Shown here piece by piece: positions 49,179 to 59,800 of a stretch of 64,000 nucleotides of DNA. A program made the translations under genes and the position numbers. Within the stretch, counting starts at the first letter, position 1, and every line of letters starts with the position of its first letter. Source of the stretch: an uncultured Armatimonadetes bacterium (lineage in GTDB: Bacteria; Armatimonadota; UBA5829; DTJY01); assembly GCA_963717145.1 (NCBI GenBank), contig OY970325.1:96001-160000 (forward strand), in the 5' to 3' direction. Under the pieces are notes generated by a model. That model was not told the origin of the DNA and searched no databases. It saw only the letters and a program-made list of their open reading frames with translations.

Positions 49179-49817
49179 CTATCCACCAATACCGAGTTCC
49201 CTCAGCACTGCCTGTTCGACCGCTGATAGATCTCCTTCGGGTGGGAGTTCGAGGGTGATCACCGGAAGCTCGCGCTCCCAGCCGTAGTACGTGCCCATCG
49301 AGCCGGGGCACGGATACCCGATATCACCCTTCGCTGGGAGTCCGCAGCACTCCGACATCCGCTCGGCGATCGGAGCCGCGCGCGAGCCGTTATAGTTCAC
49401 GCAGGCCAGAGGCTCATGCAGCGTGATGATGAGGTGAGGCTCGAAGCGCCGGACGACATCGAGGATCGCACGGGTCTCCGGCTCGGAGGCAGGGACGACT
49501 CCACCGGGCGCGTCCTCAGTGCCGACGAAGTCCTTTGTAGGGAAGTTGCGGTTGATATCGATACCCCGAGCGTTCCGGCGAGTCCCGGCCTCGTAGCCGT
49601 CAGGGTTGGCGAGCGGTATGACTACGATGCGGTCGTCGAGGCGCTCGCATGCCCTGAGCCTCGCCAGTAGCGAGCCGACCAGTCCGACGCCGCACTTCTC
49701 GTCTCCATGGACGCCCGCCATCAGCAGGATCGTGCGCTCTCCCTCTCCGAACGAGAGCACCTCGATCGGGCGACCTTCTACAGATCCGTGTATCGGTGGT
49801 TCTGATTTGGACATCAT
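49179..49817 (-). CDS. M14 zinc peptidase, murein tripeptide amidase MpaA-like
   Basis: GVHGDE, NPDG...RRNARGIDINRNFP, SEPET, TLHEP, ITLELP. Confidence 0.85.
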   Translation of the reverse strand: MMSKSEPPIHGSVEGRPIEVLSFGEGERTILLMAGVHGDEKCGVGLVGSLLARLRACERLDDRIVVIPLANPDGYEAGTRRNARGIDINRNFPTKDFVGTEDAPGGVVPASEPETRAILDVVRRFEPHLIITLHEPLACVNYNGSRAAPIAERMSECCGLPAKGDIGYPCPGSMGTYYGWERELPVITLELPPEGDLSAVEQAVLRELGIGG

Positions 49818-50884
49818 AGCCTCAGGGCGACCGGGTTCTCGATCCATATTGGAGAGGAGTAGGCGGTCGGGCCGTCGGTCTTATCCGCGCAGTAGACCTG
49901 GACGAAGTAGTACTTCTGCGTCGGAACTAGGGCAAAATTCCAGGAAGCAGTATGTGTTGAGAACTCCTTGGTTCGGCAGACCTTCCCATTCTCGCCGACG
50001 AACTCGATCCTCGTAATCAGGTCCTTCGCATCCCTAGTATCAGGGTCGGTGATACGGATCGAGCAGGTAATGTTGGCCGCTTCCCGGATAACCGAGCCCA
50101 TGATCTCGCCGTTCGCGCGGAAGGTCAGCCGAAGGTTCCTGTCCCAGGTGGCGTAGACCCGGCGCGTCCTCATCGCCTGCATGATGCTCTCGCGGGTGAG
50201 GCTCGGCGCGAGCACGCCTGTCCTGTACTGCTTCTGGGCGATCATCTGAGTGCCATGTGCATCCAGGGAGGCGATCGGCGCGAGTCTCCATCCCTTGTTC
50301 AGCGCGGCGAGGTAGGCCTCAGTTCGGGCGTTGCTGTTGCCGCTGAACAACTCGAACATGGTGACGCAGTCCCGGCGAGCGGGAGTCAGGTAGCCATAGC
50401 TGTTGTAGGTATCCTTGCCGGGATGGTTGAACGATGCCGCCACCTTCGTGGACTGCTCCGTCACCAGCCAGTCATAGAAGACCGGGAAGGTCACCTTCGG
50501 CCCGGTGGCGTCGAGGGTGGTTGCCGTATTCAGGGCATTGAGGTGTCCTCTGCCGTCGGGGCCGTCGTTCTCGGAAAACTCGAAGCCGGCGATGGCGATG
50601 AACGAGCTGTCGGTGGCTTCGTCCGCCTCACGCTTGGTAGTCTCATAGTTCTCGGGCGTGTATCCCTTGAGCCTGGCCAGTGCGTGGTCAGTGATGGCAT
50701 AGAAATCATAACCCGCGGCCTTCGCCAGGCGGAAGTGATCGGCCGGGTTCTCCTTGCCGTCGGAGAAACGGCTGTGGGCGTGCGTGCTCCCGAAGTAGTG
50801 ATGGTAGATCTCAGCCTGTGCCGACGCGGCCGTCAGTAGAAGGATGATGAGAGCGATGAGCGCGCGACGAGTATTACGAGTCAC
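49814..50884 (-). CDS. Secreted PHP-like metallohydrolase (CehA/McbA-like)
   Basis: Signal peptide; HAHSRFSDG, ITDH, FNHP, LDAH, YSSPIW. Confidence 0.8.
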   Translation of the reverse strand: MTRNTRRALIALIILLLTAASAQAEIYHHYFGSTHAHSRFSDGKENPADHFRLAKAAGYDFYAITDHALARLKGYTPENYETTKREADEATDSSFIAIAGFEFSENDGPDGRGHLNALNTATTLDATGPKVTFPVFYDWLVTEQSTKVAASFNHPGKDTYNSYGYLTPARRDCVTMFELFSGNSNARTEAYLAALNKGWRLAPIASLDAHGTQMIAQKQYRTGVLAPSLTRESIMQAMRTRRVYATWDRNLRLTFRANGEIMGSVIREAANITCSIRITDPDTRDAKDLITRIEFVGENGKVCRTKEFSTHTASWNFALVPTQKYYFVQVYCADKTDGPTAYSSPIWIENPVALRL

Positions 50885-50926
50885 GTGGGACCTCCGGAGA
50901 TAGTAACTGTCAGTACTATTCGCCGC

Positions 50927-51502
50927 TCACCGGCCTGTGAACTCCTTTTTCGCTCGCCCTGTGATCTCGATGATGAAGTCGGCCTTCGCATCGGTGTACG
51001 CTTCGCGGTCGTTGCGGTGGGTTTCGGCGAGTTGGTACTTCAGCAGCTCGTACTCCTTCGCCGTCTCGGGATACTTCCGTAGGTAGTCGCGAAAGAACAC
51101 TCGGTCCATGAGCGGATGATCAGCGGGCGCCATGTGATAGTGGTACTTGATGGGCGTCTCGGGGTAATACCCCTTCCAAAACGCCATGTGTCCTGGTGGA
51201 GGACCGTTCGGATAGCCGTAACCGGTCCCCTGATCCATCAGCACGGGCACAATCTCACGAATTGCCTCTTCGAACGACGTGATCTCCGCGATCAGGTCGA
51301 TGGTCGGCTTGGCGGCTAGGCCCGGAACGGCGGTGCTGCCGATGTGCTCGATGTGCACGATCAGGTCGCCGAACTGCTCCCTGAGGAGTCGCGCCTCCGC
51401 CTCATACAGCTCCGGCCATTGGGGATCGTGTTCCACGATCTCGATGGGGAATATGCGACCGAGCGCTTCTGTGCTCCGGTCATCGTTCGATGGATCGACC
51501 AT
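50927..51502 (-). CDS. GrpB family (UPF0157) nucleotidyltransferase-fold protein
   Basis: IEHIGSTAVPGLAAKPTIDL...FRDYLR...YTDAK. Confidence 0.88.
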   Translation of the reverse strand: MVDPSNDDRSTEALGRIFPIEIVEHDPQWPELYEAEARLLREQFGDLIVHIEHIGSTAVPGLAAKPTIDLIAEITSFEEAIREIVPVLMDQGTGYGYPNGPPPGHMAFWKGYYPETPIKYHYHMAPADHPLMDRVFFRDYLRKYPETAKEYELLKYQLAETHRNDREAYTDAKADFIIEITGRAKKEFTGR

Positions 51503-51545
51503 GCGACAATCATATTCGCTTCCGAGGTCGGGCGTCAAACGCGAC

Positions 51546-51574
51546 GAGGCCCCTGCCGGAAGGGCAAGGGCCTC
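51546..51574 (-). terminator. Hairpin after the PEP-CTERM gene
   Basis: cgaggcccctgcc-ggaag-ggcaagggcctcg. Confidence 0.5.
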
Positions 51575-51601
51575 GCGTTGATGCTGTGATGTGCGACCGG
51601 T

Positions 51602-52459
51602 CTACTTTCTGCGGCGGATCATCCCTGCGCCGAGCATCCCGATGCCGCTGAGGAGCGCGAGCACACCGGCGGGCTCGGGTACCGGCAGTTGGACGCGGGC
51701 GTCGGTATAAGCGCCCTCCCGCTGCTGAACGGCCACGATGCAGTAGTTTCCGGCGCCGGGCGTCGGTAGACCCGGCTGAAGCCTGTTTAGAAGCGAAGTG
51801 TTAAGCAGCATCTGCCAACTGTCGACGTGCTGGCTCGCCGCGTTCCAGTTCCAGATCAGCCTGCCGCACTGGTACGCGGGAACAGCCGCGCCGTTCCGGG
51901 AGATGTGCTCAGGCTTGTCGAGATCCATCAAGGTGCCGGAGTGTGCGAGCCAATCGGCGGCATAGAACCAGCCCGTCGAGCGCATGAAGACCCCGCCACT
52001 GCCGGCGGCGGAAGTGCTTCCTACGCCGTTCCCCGCACCCGGCGCGACGGTGCTCGGGGAGAATGTCGCTCCTGAAGTGCCGAACTTGGCGACGAACTTC
52101 GTGGCTTCGCTAAGCAGCCCGTTGACTGCCCCGCCCGTGAATGCACCCCATCCGGCCTCGGACGCGGTGATATTGGCGAAGACGCCTCCGACACCGATGA
52201 CGGTGTCACCCGCAAGCCAGGAAAACGTTCCGTCGCTGATGTTGAGCATGTCGCCGGTCGAAACCGTCAGGACGGAGGAATAGGTGTCGAATGCGTAGTT
52301 CCCGCTCTCGCGGACGTAGACACCGTTCGAGAGCGAGTTACCGCCGGAGGTCCATCCGTCGGCTGAGGGGTTTCCGCTTACGGAGGCAGCGTCGGCCAAG
52401 CCGACGACCGAGATCGCGAGCAGCACTGTGAGTGCCGCCAACCATAGTCTATTCATCAT
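51602..52459 (-). CDS. PEP-CTERM surface protein
   Basis: Signal peptide; C-terminal VPEPAGVLALLSGIGMLGAGMIRRRK. Confidence 0.9.
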   Translation of the reverse strand: MMNRLWLAALTVLLAISVVGLADAASVSGNPSADGWTSGGNSLSNGVYVRESGNYAFDTYSSVLTVSTGDMLNISDGTFSWLAGDTVIGVGGVFANITASEAGWGAFTGGAVNGLLSEATKFVAKFGTSGATFSPSTVAPGAGNGVGSTSAAGSGGVFMRSTGWFYAADWLAHSGTLMDLDKPEHISRNGAAVPAYQCGRLIWNWNAASQHVDSWQMLLNTSLLNRLQPGLPTPGAGNYCIVAVQQREGAYTDARVQLPVPEPAGVLALLSGIGMLGAGMIRRRK

Positions 52460-52616
52460 CTTTTCTCCTTCGCTCAGCCGCCGGTCTGTGCCGGCATGCT
52501 ATACTCCAAATGTATCACTGAACAGCCGCTATGTCAACACATACGGGGCGAAGTTGCGAAAAACTGGTATTGTTACCAGGTTCGGGGGATGGATGCGGAG
52601 ACTCCTCGGGACTGAA

Positions 52617-53558
52617 CTAGATACTCAGGCCGATTCCCTCATCGAGGCCGAGCATGAGGTTCATACACTGAATCGCCGCCCCGGATGCGCCCTTGCCCAG
52701 GTTATCGATTCGGGTAATGAGGAGGATTCGGTCATCCCCGCCGAAGACGAAGACATCCGCCCGGTTGGTGTTGTTGCATCCCTCGACGTTGAAGAAGCCG
52801 CCCCCGGTGTTCGCATCAAGGTCGAACGGCATAACTCGAACGAACCGCTCGCCGGCATAGTAGTCGGCCAGGAACTCGTGGATCTCCGCCGCCGACTTCC
52901 CGCCGGTGAGTCGGGGTGCGAGTGGGATCGATACCGCCATGCCCCGGTAGAAATTGCCGACGATGGGCATAAACACCGGCTCGAACTGCAGACCGGAGTG
53001 TTTGCGTATCTCGGGGAGATGCTTGTGGGTCAATCCCAGCGCGTAGGGAGTTGGACTCACCAGAATCTGCCCAAGTTGCCGGTATTTCTCGATGAGATTC
53101 CTGCCGCCGCCGCTGTATCCGGTGATGGAGGCAATCGAGACAGGATAGTCTTTCGGCAGGATGCCTTCGCGGACAAGCGGATGGAGTGCGAGTATCGCAC
53201 CCGTGGCGTGGCATCCCGGGACGGAAACCCTCTTCGACTTGGCGATCAACTCTCGCTGGCCCGGATTGAGTTCCGGGAGGCCGTAGGTCCACTCAGGATC
53301 GACTCTGTAGGCTGTGCTGGCGTCGATCAGGCGAGTGTTCTCGTTGGTGACGAGCGACACCGATTCCCTGGACGCGAAGTCAGGGAGGCACAGGAATGCA
53401 ATATCCGCCTGATTCAGCCAGATTCTGCGCTCCTGTGGATCCTCGCACTTCTCCGGGTCTGCCCTGAGCAACTCGAGATCCGACCGTTTTTCCAGATAGT
53501 CACCAACTTCGAGACCGGTCGTGCCGTCCAGACCGTCTACGAATATCCTGTATTTCAT
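52617..53558 (-). CDS. argC: N-acetyl-gamma-glutamyl-phosphate reductase (short type)
   Basis: FVDG..GTTGL, IDASTAYR, PGCHATG, GYSGGG, DNLGKGASGAAIQ. Confidence 0.92.
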   Translation of the reverse strand: MKYRIFVDGLDGTTGLEVGDYLEKRSDLELLRADPEKCEDPQERRIWLNQADIAFLCLPDFASRESVSLVTNENTRLIDASTAYRVDPEWTYGLPELNPGQRELIAKSKRVSVPGCHATGAILALHPLVREGILPKDYPVSIASITGYSGGGRNLIEKYRQLGQILVSPTPYALGLTHKHLPEIRKHSGLQFEPVFMPIVGNFYRGMAVSIPLAPRLTGGKSAAEIHEFLADYYAGERFVRVMPFDLDANTGGGFFNVEGCNNTNRADVFVFGGDDRILLITRIDNLGKGASGAAIQCMNLMLGLDEGIGLSI

Positions 53559-53652
53559 CAAAGCCCCCCAAGTGCAGTCGTTCGTTACACAATCATATCC
53601 GTGCGAGGTTGGTAACGTCAAGCCGCATAGCCGGCAGTCGCACTGCGGGCGG

Positions 53653-54801
53653 TCAGAAATCGGCCTCCATCTCGATCAGAAGCTGATTCGCCCCACCGTC
53701 GCGGAATCGGTACTGCCCGGTGAACTTGGTGTTCTGACCGGAGACGCGCGCCACACCAAGGCAGTACTCACTCGCCGTGTCGCCGGATTCGGCAGTATCG
53801 GGATCGAAGGAATCCCACCTGGCAAACGCGGCCGTCGAGGGGTTGACGAAGTAGTTGCCCTCGATGAAGAGCCCCCTGCAATCCTGGGAGACGCCGTCTC
53901 CCTTGGGGTTGTCATGCTTGCCGGTCATGAATCCGCCGAATAGCTTGTGGTTCCCCTTGAGTCTCGTGTGATCGACCTGGAGCAGGAGGCGGCTGAAGTC
54001 ATCATCATACGAGCCGCCGCCGGTGAGAGACGAGGTCATCCTGCCTGTATAGGCGTAGATCCCCAGAGAGTTGCTCCCACCGAGCCAGTTTCCCGTGAGC
54101 GCCTGGTTGATGGAGAGCGCGATGTCCTTGGAGTTATTGCTGTCGGACAGGTTGTTCTTCTCGGCCGGGTTGCCGTTGCCGTTGACCAGCGAGATGCCGT
54201 AGTAGCTGTCCCCTTTCCCGTAGGCGAACAGCTCGACTCCGCGCTGGGGGGTTCGGAGCCGCCAGCCGTTGATCCGGGAGTCATAGACGAGGTTCCGGGT
54301 GACGCTGATCCGCTGGCCGTCGGAGTTCAGCAGGGATGGCTGGAACTGGCCGGCGCGGATGCTCAGAGGCATCTTCCCCAGCTTCAGGACGTCACTGCTC
54401 TGTATGAAGACGTCTCCCGCCTCATGTGGAGCCCCCCGTTCTTCGATATAGGCTTCCACGAAGACCGAGGTCTTACCGGAGAGTGCCCCGCCTGCGAGCA
54501 GCTCGATCTTGTGAAGCTGGAAATCCGACCCGCGCGCTTCGTTCTCGCTCACCATCCAGGTTTCGACCGCCAGGCCGATCATCGAGCCGACATCAGCCTT
54601 GGGGTCGGTCTCCCCCGGCATCTTGTAGTTGTTTGCGAGAAAAGTGCTTCCGAAGCTGTTGAGCTGTGGCCAGACGGTGTGACAGGTTGCGCAACTGACT
54701 CCATATCGTCGGGCGAACGGGGCGATGGCATGCGCCGGGCTTCCCATGACGGATACCCCGATCGATGCCAGGACGATGAATAACCAGGATCTCTTTGACA
54801 T
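53653..54801 (-). CDS. Cyc2-like fused monoheme cytochrome c / outer-membrane beta-barrel
   Basis: Signal peptide, then IAPFARRYGVSCATCHTVWPQLNSFG..F...Y (Cyc2-type N-terminus with CxxCH), alternating beta strands and a terminal Phe. Confidence 0.8.
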   Translation of the reverse strand: MSKRSWLFIVLASIGVSVMGSPAHAIAPFARRYGVSCATCHTVWPQLNSFGSTFLANNYKMPGETDPKADVGSMIGLAVETWMVSENEARGSDFQLHKIELLAGGALSGKTSVFVEAYIEERGAPHEAGDVFIQSSDVLKLGKMPLSIRAGQFQPSLLNSDGQRISVTRNLVYDSRINGWRLRTPQRGVELFAYGKGDSYYGISLVNGNGNPAEKNNLSDSNNSKDIALSINQALTGNWLGGSNSLGIYAYTGRMTSSLTGGGSYDDDFSRLLLQVDHTRLKGNHKLFGGFMTGKHDNPKGDGVSQDCRGLFIEGNYFVNPSTAAFARWDSFDPDTAESGDTASEYCLGVARVSGQNTKFTGQYRFRDGGANQLLIEMEADF

Positions 54802-54830
54802 TCCAATTCCTCTCAGGGTGCGTAGTACTA

Positions 54831-54887
54831 GAGACTGCGACTCAGTCTCAATTACCGCAGTATACCATTGGACGGACGCCTTGTCAA
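54831..54887 (-). promoter_or_regulatory. Promoter of the Cyc2-like gene with an operator resembling that of fur-feoAB
   Basis: TTGACA-17 bp-TATACT followed by TGAGACTGAGTCGCAGTCTC (54850-54831). Confidence 0.72.
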
Positions 54888-54924
54888 CGGTGATATCGAG
54901 AAGGTGTTCACGATCCGTGATAGC

Positions 54925-54998
54925 GGCTGTCATTCTGAACGGAGTGAAGAATCTGTCTGCGCACGGCCAGATTCTTCACTCCGTTCAGAATGACAGCC
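54925..54998. repeat. GTCATTCTGA...GAAGAATCT palindromic repeat, family B, copy 2
   Basis: ggctgtcattctgaacggagtgaagaatctg ... cagattcttcactccgttcagaatgacagcc. Confidence 0.88.
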
Positions 54999-55155
54999 GG
55001 TGGGTCGCACTATCAACGATCGTGAGCGCATACGATATCGATTGTCGGGTTCGTCGGTTCGCTGTGCGGGCTCACGGGTAGAACTGAGTTGTCGGCTGAT
55101 CAGTTCGGACAACTCGTGACTGGTCGCTGTGAGAGTCCAACCGACGAAAGGAGTC

Positions 55156-55422
55156 ATGAAGATGACTGAGAGACCATGGATGGTGATAGTCAGGATACTA
55201 GTCGCTGCAGTCTTTGTGGCGCTATTGCTCGTTCTGTTGAGCGTCAGCACGGTCAACGCGGATACTGTCGGATCACCTGCCATCGAGCGCACCACGGAGG
55301 CCGTCGAATTCCGGACGGCCATGCGCGAGCTTTGGGAGGATCATGTCTTCTACACGCGGATGGCCATAATAAGCGTCTTCGGAGACCAGAAAGACTTGAC
55401 CCCGACCCTATTTCGGCCTTGA
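55156..55422 (+). pseudogene. Probable truncated secreted protein (MRxLWEDHxxxTR family)
   Basis: AAGGAG RBS, signal peptide, FRTAMRELWEDHVFYTR; ends abruptly inside the 3' end of the convergent gene. Confidence 0.5.
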
Positions 55423-56592
55423 CTGGATCGTCGGATTGCTCCTCGGCGGGTACAGGAACGGCTTGATGTCCCGTTCGCGTGGGCCGGGGATGATCTCTCC
55501 GGTCGCAATGTCCACCGTATACGCAGCGGGCTTTGAGCCCTTGTCGCCCCATACGAAGGCATATCGACCTCCGATGAAGTCCTGCCCACGCATCGTGAAG
55601 TCTTCGATTCGCGCGATCAACGTCTCATCTCCCGTGAACCAGACAGTCGCAATCTTCACGGCCGGTTTGCCGTTCCCGGTGACCTGCTCTATTACCAGCG
55701 ACTCGCTCTTGCTGAGCATGTAGTCCGGCCCGGGGAAGAGGTGGTAGGCGACCTCTTTCCACTCCGGCTTCTCGGCCTTTGGGGCGATCTCGAAGCCTGT
55801 CGTCCGCTCGCCCTTCTTAGCGAGAATCATCAGATCGTCGCCCGACCATGCGATCCGCTCGGGGGAGATTCCGTCCGGCAAAGGCAGGACTTGCCGGTCT
55901 TTGCTCTTCCGATCGATTCGGCCGATGGTCACATTCCATCCTGACCCCAGACCGGGCATGACGAATCCGGCCCACTGCTTCCCGTCTCCACTGATCGCCG
56001 CGTCGCCGAAAGCAAGTGCGGAATGAAGGGTCACGGCCTTCGATTTGCCGTCCGCCTTCACATAGAGTAGATCGCAGCCGGAACGCGATGTCCGCCGTGT
56101 GAATATGACCATACCCTTCTCCTGAGGGTAATATCCGTCCACGCCTGACGCCACTCGGACGCTGTTCGTTCCCAGCAGCGAGCACTGGTAGAGATCGCCG
56201 TTCATATTCGGCTCGTTGGGTGCACGTTTGAGGTAGAGCAGGGAACAGGACCATGCGGAGGCCGGTCCGCCATATCTGAACGTCTTCGCACTCGCGGTGT
56301 AGAGATACCGGGTACCCTTTGCCTCCAGGATGACCTTGAATCCCGGTGTCAGCACCTGGGCATACATCTTGCCGCTCTCCGGCATCCCCAGCGATGCGTC
56401 CGGCCAGGTGGTAGGCATCGCTTCGATGACCTTGATATCGCGCGCCTGCATTTCAAACCTCTTCGCCAGATCGGCTTTGCACTTCGTCACGATCGGAGCG
56501 TTAACCGGCTTACCAACCGGCGCAGATTCGCTCGCCTGTGTAAGACAGCCGGCAAGGGCAAATGCCATGATGCCTGCGAGAATGTATCTCAT
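55408..56592 (-). CDS. Secreted hypothetical protein with a WPDASLG-type N-terminal domain and a beta-propeller-like region
   Basis: AGGAGG RBS, signal peptide with possible lipobox LAGC, TWPDASLGMPESGKMYAQVLTPGF. Confidence 0.7.
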   Translation of the reverse strand: MRYILAGIMAFALAGCLTQASESAPVGKPVNAPIVTKCKADLAKRFEMQARDIKVIEAMPTTWPDASLGMPESGKMYAQVLTPGFKVILEAKGTRYLYTASAKTFRYGGPASAWSCSLLYLKRAPNEPNMNGDLYQCSLLGTNSVRVASGVDGYYPQEKGMVIFTRRTSRSGCDLLYVKADGKSKAVTLHSALAFGDAAISGDGKQWAGFVMPGLGSGWNVTIGRIDRKSKDRQVLPLPDGISPERIAWSGDDLMILAKKGERTTGFEIAPKAEKPEWKEVAYHLFPGPDYMLSKSESLVIEQVTGNGKPAVKIATVWFTGDETLIARIEDFTMRGQDFIGGRYAFVWGDKGSKPAAYTVDIATGEIIPGPRERDIKPFLYPPRSNPTIQSRPK

Positions 56593-56742
56593 TGTGATTC
56601 CTCCTACCGTAGTATTGGCGCAGACTCGGCGTCCGCCGGCCGAACAAGCGCTTCCGTATACCTTTGATCCCAAAGATAACGCTGAGCTTCATTCCTAACG
56701 ATTCCACGACCAACAGTCAGCCTCCTCTGGGGAAGACATGAA

Positions 56743-56789
56743 AAGGGGACAGACACCTTTGATCGGATCAAAAACGCGTCTGTCCCCTT
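56743..56789. repeat. GGGGACAG...CTGTCCCC palindromic repeat
   Basis: aaggggacagac ... gtctgtcccctt. Confidence 0.7.
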
Positions 56790-56804
56790 GGAGATCAAAG
56801 AAGT

Positions 56805-56831
56805 CCGTCGTCAGCGCGTTGCTGACGACGG
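56805..56831 (-). terminator. Terminator-like hairpin after the multicopper oxidase
   Basis: ccgtcgtcagc-gcgtt-gctgacgacgg followed by acttcttt on the minus strand. Confidence 0.65.
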
Positions 56832-56844
56832 CTTCGTCTGCATG

Positions 56845-59800
56845 CTATGGTGTTAGCACGCTGGCCGGGAGCGACCATCCGGAGGGACCTCCGGAGTTGT
56901 TCGCTCTGACCTGATAGTAATAGGTCACACCTCGCGATGTGGTCTGACTGTACGTCGTCGTGTTTGCTCCGACGTTGTACGAAGTGGCTCCCGTAAACGC
57001 CGCGTTTGTGGCGCGCTGTATCGTGAAGCCGGTCTCGTTGTTCGAGTTGTCCACCCAGTTGAGCCTCACAGTGTCCTGGCTGGAACTGCGCGTGTTCCTC
57101 GTAGCCGTCGCTGTCAGACCTGACGGAGGATTCGGAGGAGCCACGACGTTCACGGTGACTTGGTTCGTGTAAGCCGAACCCGCCAGACCGTTCATGGCTC
57201 TCACCCGGTAGACATAGCTGTTACCTATCGCTACCGCGGTGTCCGTGAAGTTCGTCGTGCCGGTGTTTGCTCGCGGTCCCGGCGACGCGATCGTGACGAA
57301 AGCACCGCCGTTGTCGGCGCGTTCGACCTCGAAGCCGGTTTCATTGGTGGCATTGTCCCTCCACGCAAGGAGGACCTGCGGACCGGCCTGCAGAGTCGCA
57401 GCCAGAGTAGTCGGGGCCGTCGGCGGCGCCGGACCCGCGCTCAATGTCACGGTGTTCGACGTCCTGCTGCCGGCAGCGTTGTAAGCGACGATGCGGTAAC
57501 GGTACCACTGGCCCGGCGTGACCGATGTGTCGTCAAAGGTCGTCCAGTTGGCGAGAGCCTTACCGATATCGGTGAAGGTCCCGCCGGATGTGCCTGGAGC
57601 CCGCTGGACAGTGAATCCGATCTCATTCGCCGGATTGCCGAGGGTGGAAGTGGGCAACCCGGTAGTGTAATCGAACGGTGTCGTATCAGTCCAAGTGAGG
57701 GTGCATTGGGTCTGCGTCCCCACGGCACTCATATTGAATGCGGCCGGCAATGTGCTCGGAACTCTGAACACGATCGGCCGCATCATGTCGTTCTCTTCGT
57801 GCCCCAGCAGGTGGCAGTGCCACACGTATTCCCAACCGAAGTCGGTCGGCACGTTGGTGATCTGGGCTACAGCCGGCACTCCTATTGGTGGCAGCACGGG
57901 TTGGAAGTGCCCTATCGAACCCGCCGGCATAGTCGGGTCAAGTAGTCGGACACTGTTGGGGATCCCGAACGGGAGTCTCATCGCCGACACTTTCGGGCGC
58001 AGTGCGAAGATGATGTCCTCGAACGGGTTCGTCCTGATAGTCTCCTTCCAGCCCAGTTCCTCTGGGTAGGGTGGCGATATCGTGTTGGTCCAGTCGACCC
58101 GGTTGATCACCTGCACCTCGAAGAGATGGAAGTGGACGGCGTGCGAGTCGACTCCTATGTGCGTGAGACGCCACAGGCGCAACTCGTCGGGGTTCAGTAT
58201 CTCCGTCGGCGGATCGATATAGAAGGACATGCCTGGTACGGGACCCGCGCCTACAGTGGGTGTCAAGACGTTTGGAATCGAGCCGAGCACTGCGTTCATG
58301 CGCCCGAACTCCATATCCATACCCTCGACGATGGCCTTGCCGTCCAGCACCATGTCTCCCTGGAGCATGGCAATGGCTTTGGCCCCGCTTCCGCCTCCGC
58401 CCGTCAGATAGATATGAGGGGCCTTGGTATACATGCCCGGATTCTGGATCACGAGAGATCCCACTGTGCCGAGCGAGAGGTTGGCTAAGGCCGTCGCGCC
58501 CGTGCCGCCGCCACCGTTCAGGGTGATGATGGGGGCCGTGGTGTAGTTCGACCCCAGATTGGTCATCACGATGGCGGTGACAACTCCGCCTGATACGATC
58601 GCCTGCGCAGCCGCACCAGTGCCGCCGCCGCCTGAGAACTGAACGGCCGGGGCCGAGACGTAGTTGGCGCCACCGGCTGTCAGCGTGGCGCCTGAAATGC
58701 CGTTAAGCGTTGCAACGGCCACGGCCGGAGTGATCACTGTGCCCGGTGAGCCATAGAAGGTGACCTTGGGAGGCGTGATGTAGCCGACGCCGGGCAACTC
58801 AGTCATGATCCTTGAAATGGGCTTAGCCTGTCCGGATATGTTCAGCGTCTCATCGGCGACTGCCGCATAGATGCCGGCGGGCACGGGGTGCGGATCCTGT
58901 CCGGCCGCAAAGGCCTGCGGCAGGGCCGTCCCCAGCGTGCCGAAGTTGGCAGGCGCCGGCAATGTCCCCTTGATCCGGATCTGCATCACAGTTCGGGTAT
59001 TCGGACCGTAGCCCGGCGGGATCTGGGGTACGCCGCCCTTGAAGAGCCGGTCACCCGGATCGTTAGTGAAGATGTCATACCGCGCATCATACAGGGGTAT
59101 GGGCGCGGGGGCATCGTTGTAGAGGATGAGCGTGTCGCCGTCGTTATAGCCCCTCAAGTCCACGAGCACGTCCGCGCGGACGGCCGGAGGCAGGAAGAGA
59201 GCGACGTTGCTGACGCTCCCGAAGGTAGCACTTGTCCTATCATAGTCATAGTTAAGCGCCTGCGCCGGTATCACCGCGACCTGCTCCAGGAAGCCGCCCT
59301 CGTTTCCGATCTGGAGCATGTCCGGTCCCGCGGTCAGCGGATCGGGCACTCCACCGTCTCTGCCGTCACGCGGCCAATCCGGGAAGTCGTTTCTTGGGGC
59401 CGCAGGCACCATCTTGACCTCCGTGCCCCAGGAGTAAGGTCCATCGGAGATGGCAAAGTAGTCTGGGTCACTAGTGTCCGAGAGAGCCTCGTACAACTGC
59501 AGGTTCAGCATGCGGTCGTTGCACGCGTTCAGGATGCGGAGGCGGACGACCGTGGCCGGCAGTTCCACATAGGGGAACGGGGTACCGTTGACCACCGGGG
59601 TATCCATGAAGGCCTCCGGGACGTGGCTCGGGCTAGGCAGAACGTCCACCATCGGGAACATCGGCGGCATGATCCAGGGCCCGTAATCCCATCTGCCCAT
59701 CGGCCAGAAGCCGGTCCCATCGAACATGTTCTCGTTCGGCAGGTACTCGTGAGGGAACCACAGGTCACCCTTCGAACTGCCTTGTATGTGCTTGTACCAG

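Noticed and set aside
52428-54783. Long + strand ORFs antisense to argC and the Cyc2-like gene (likewise 3670-4821, 8956-9708, 29327-30523, 37512-38579, 58888-60069)
   Set aside because: Shadow ORFs expected in GC-rich DNA, with no motifs, opposite well-supported genes.
55086-55115. Hairpin gagttgtc...gacaactc as a riboswitch
   Set aside because: A single hairpin with no recognisable conserved motif.
56510-56713. 67-aa ORF with a GGAGG RBS
   Set aside because: Overlaps the downstream gene start out of frame and has no recognisable features.
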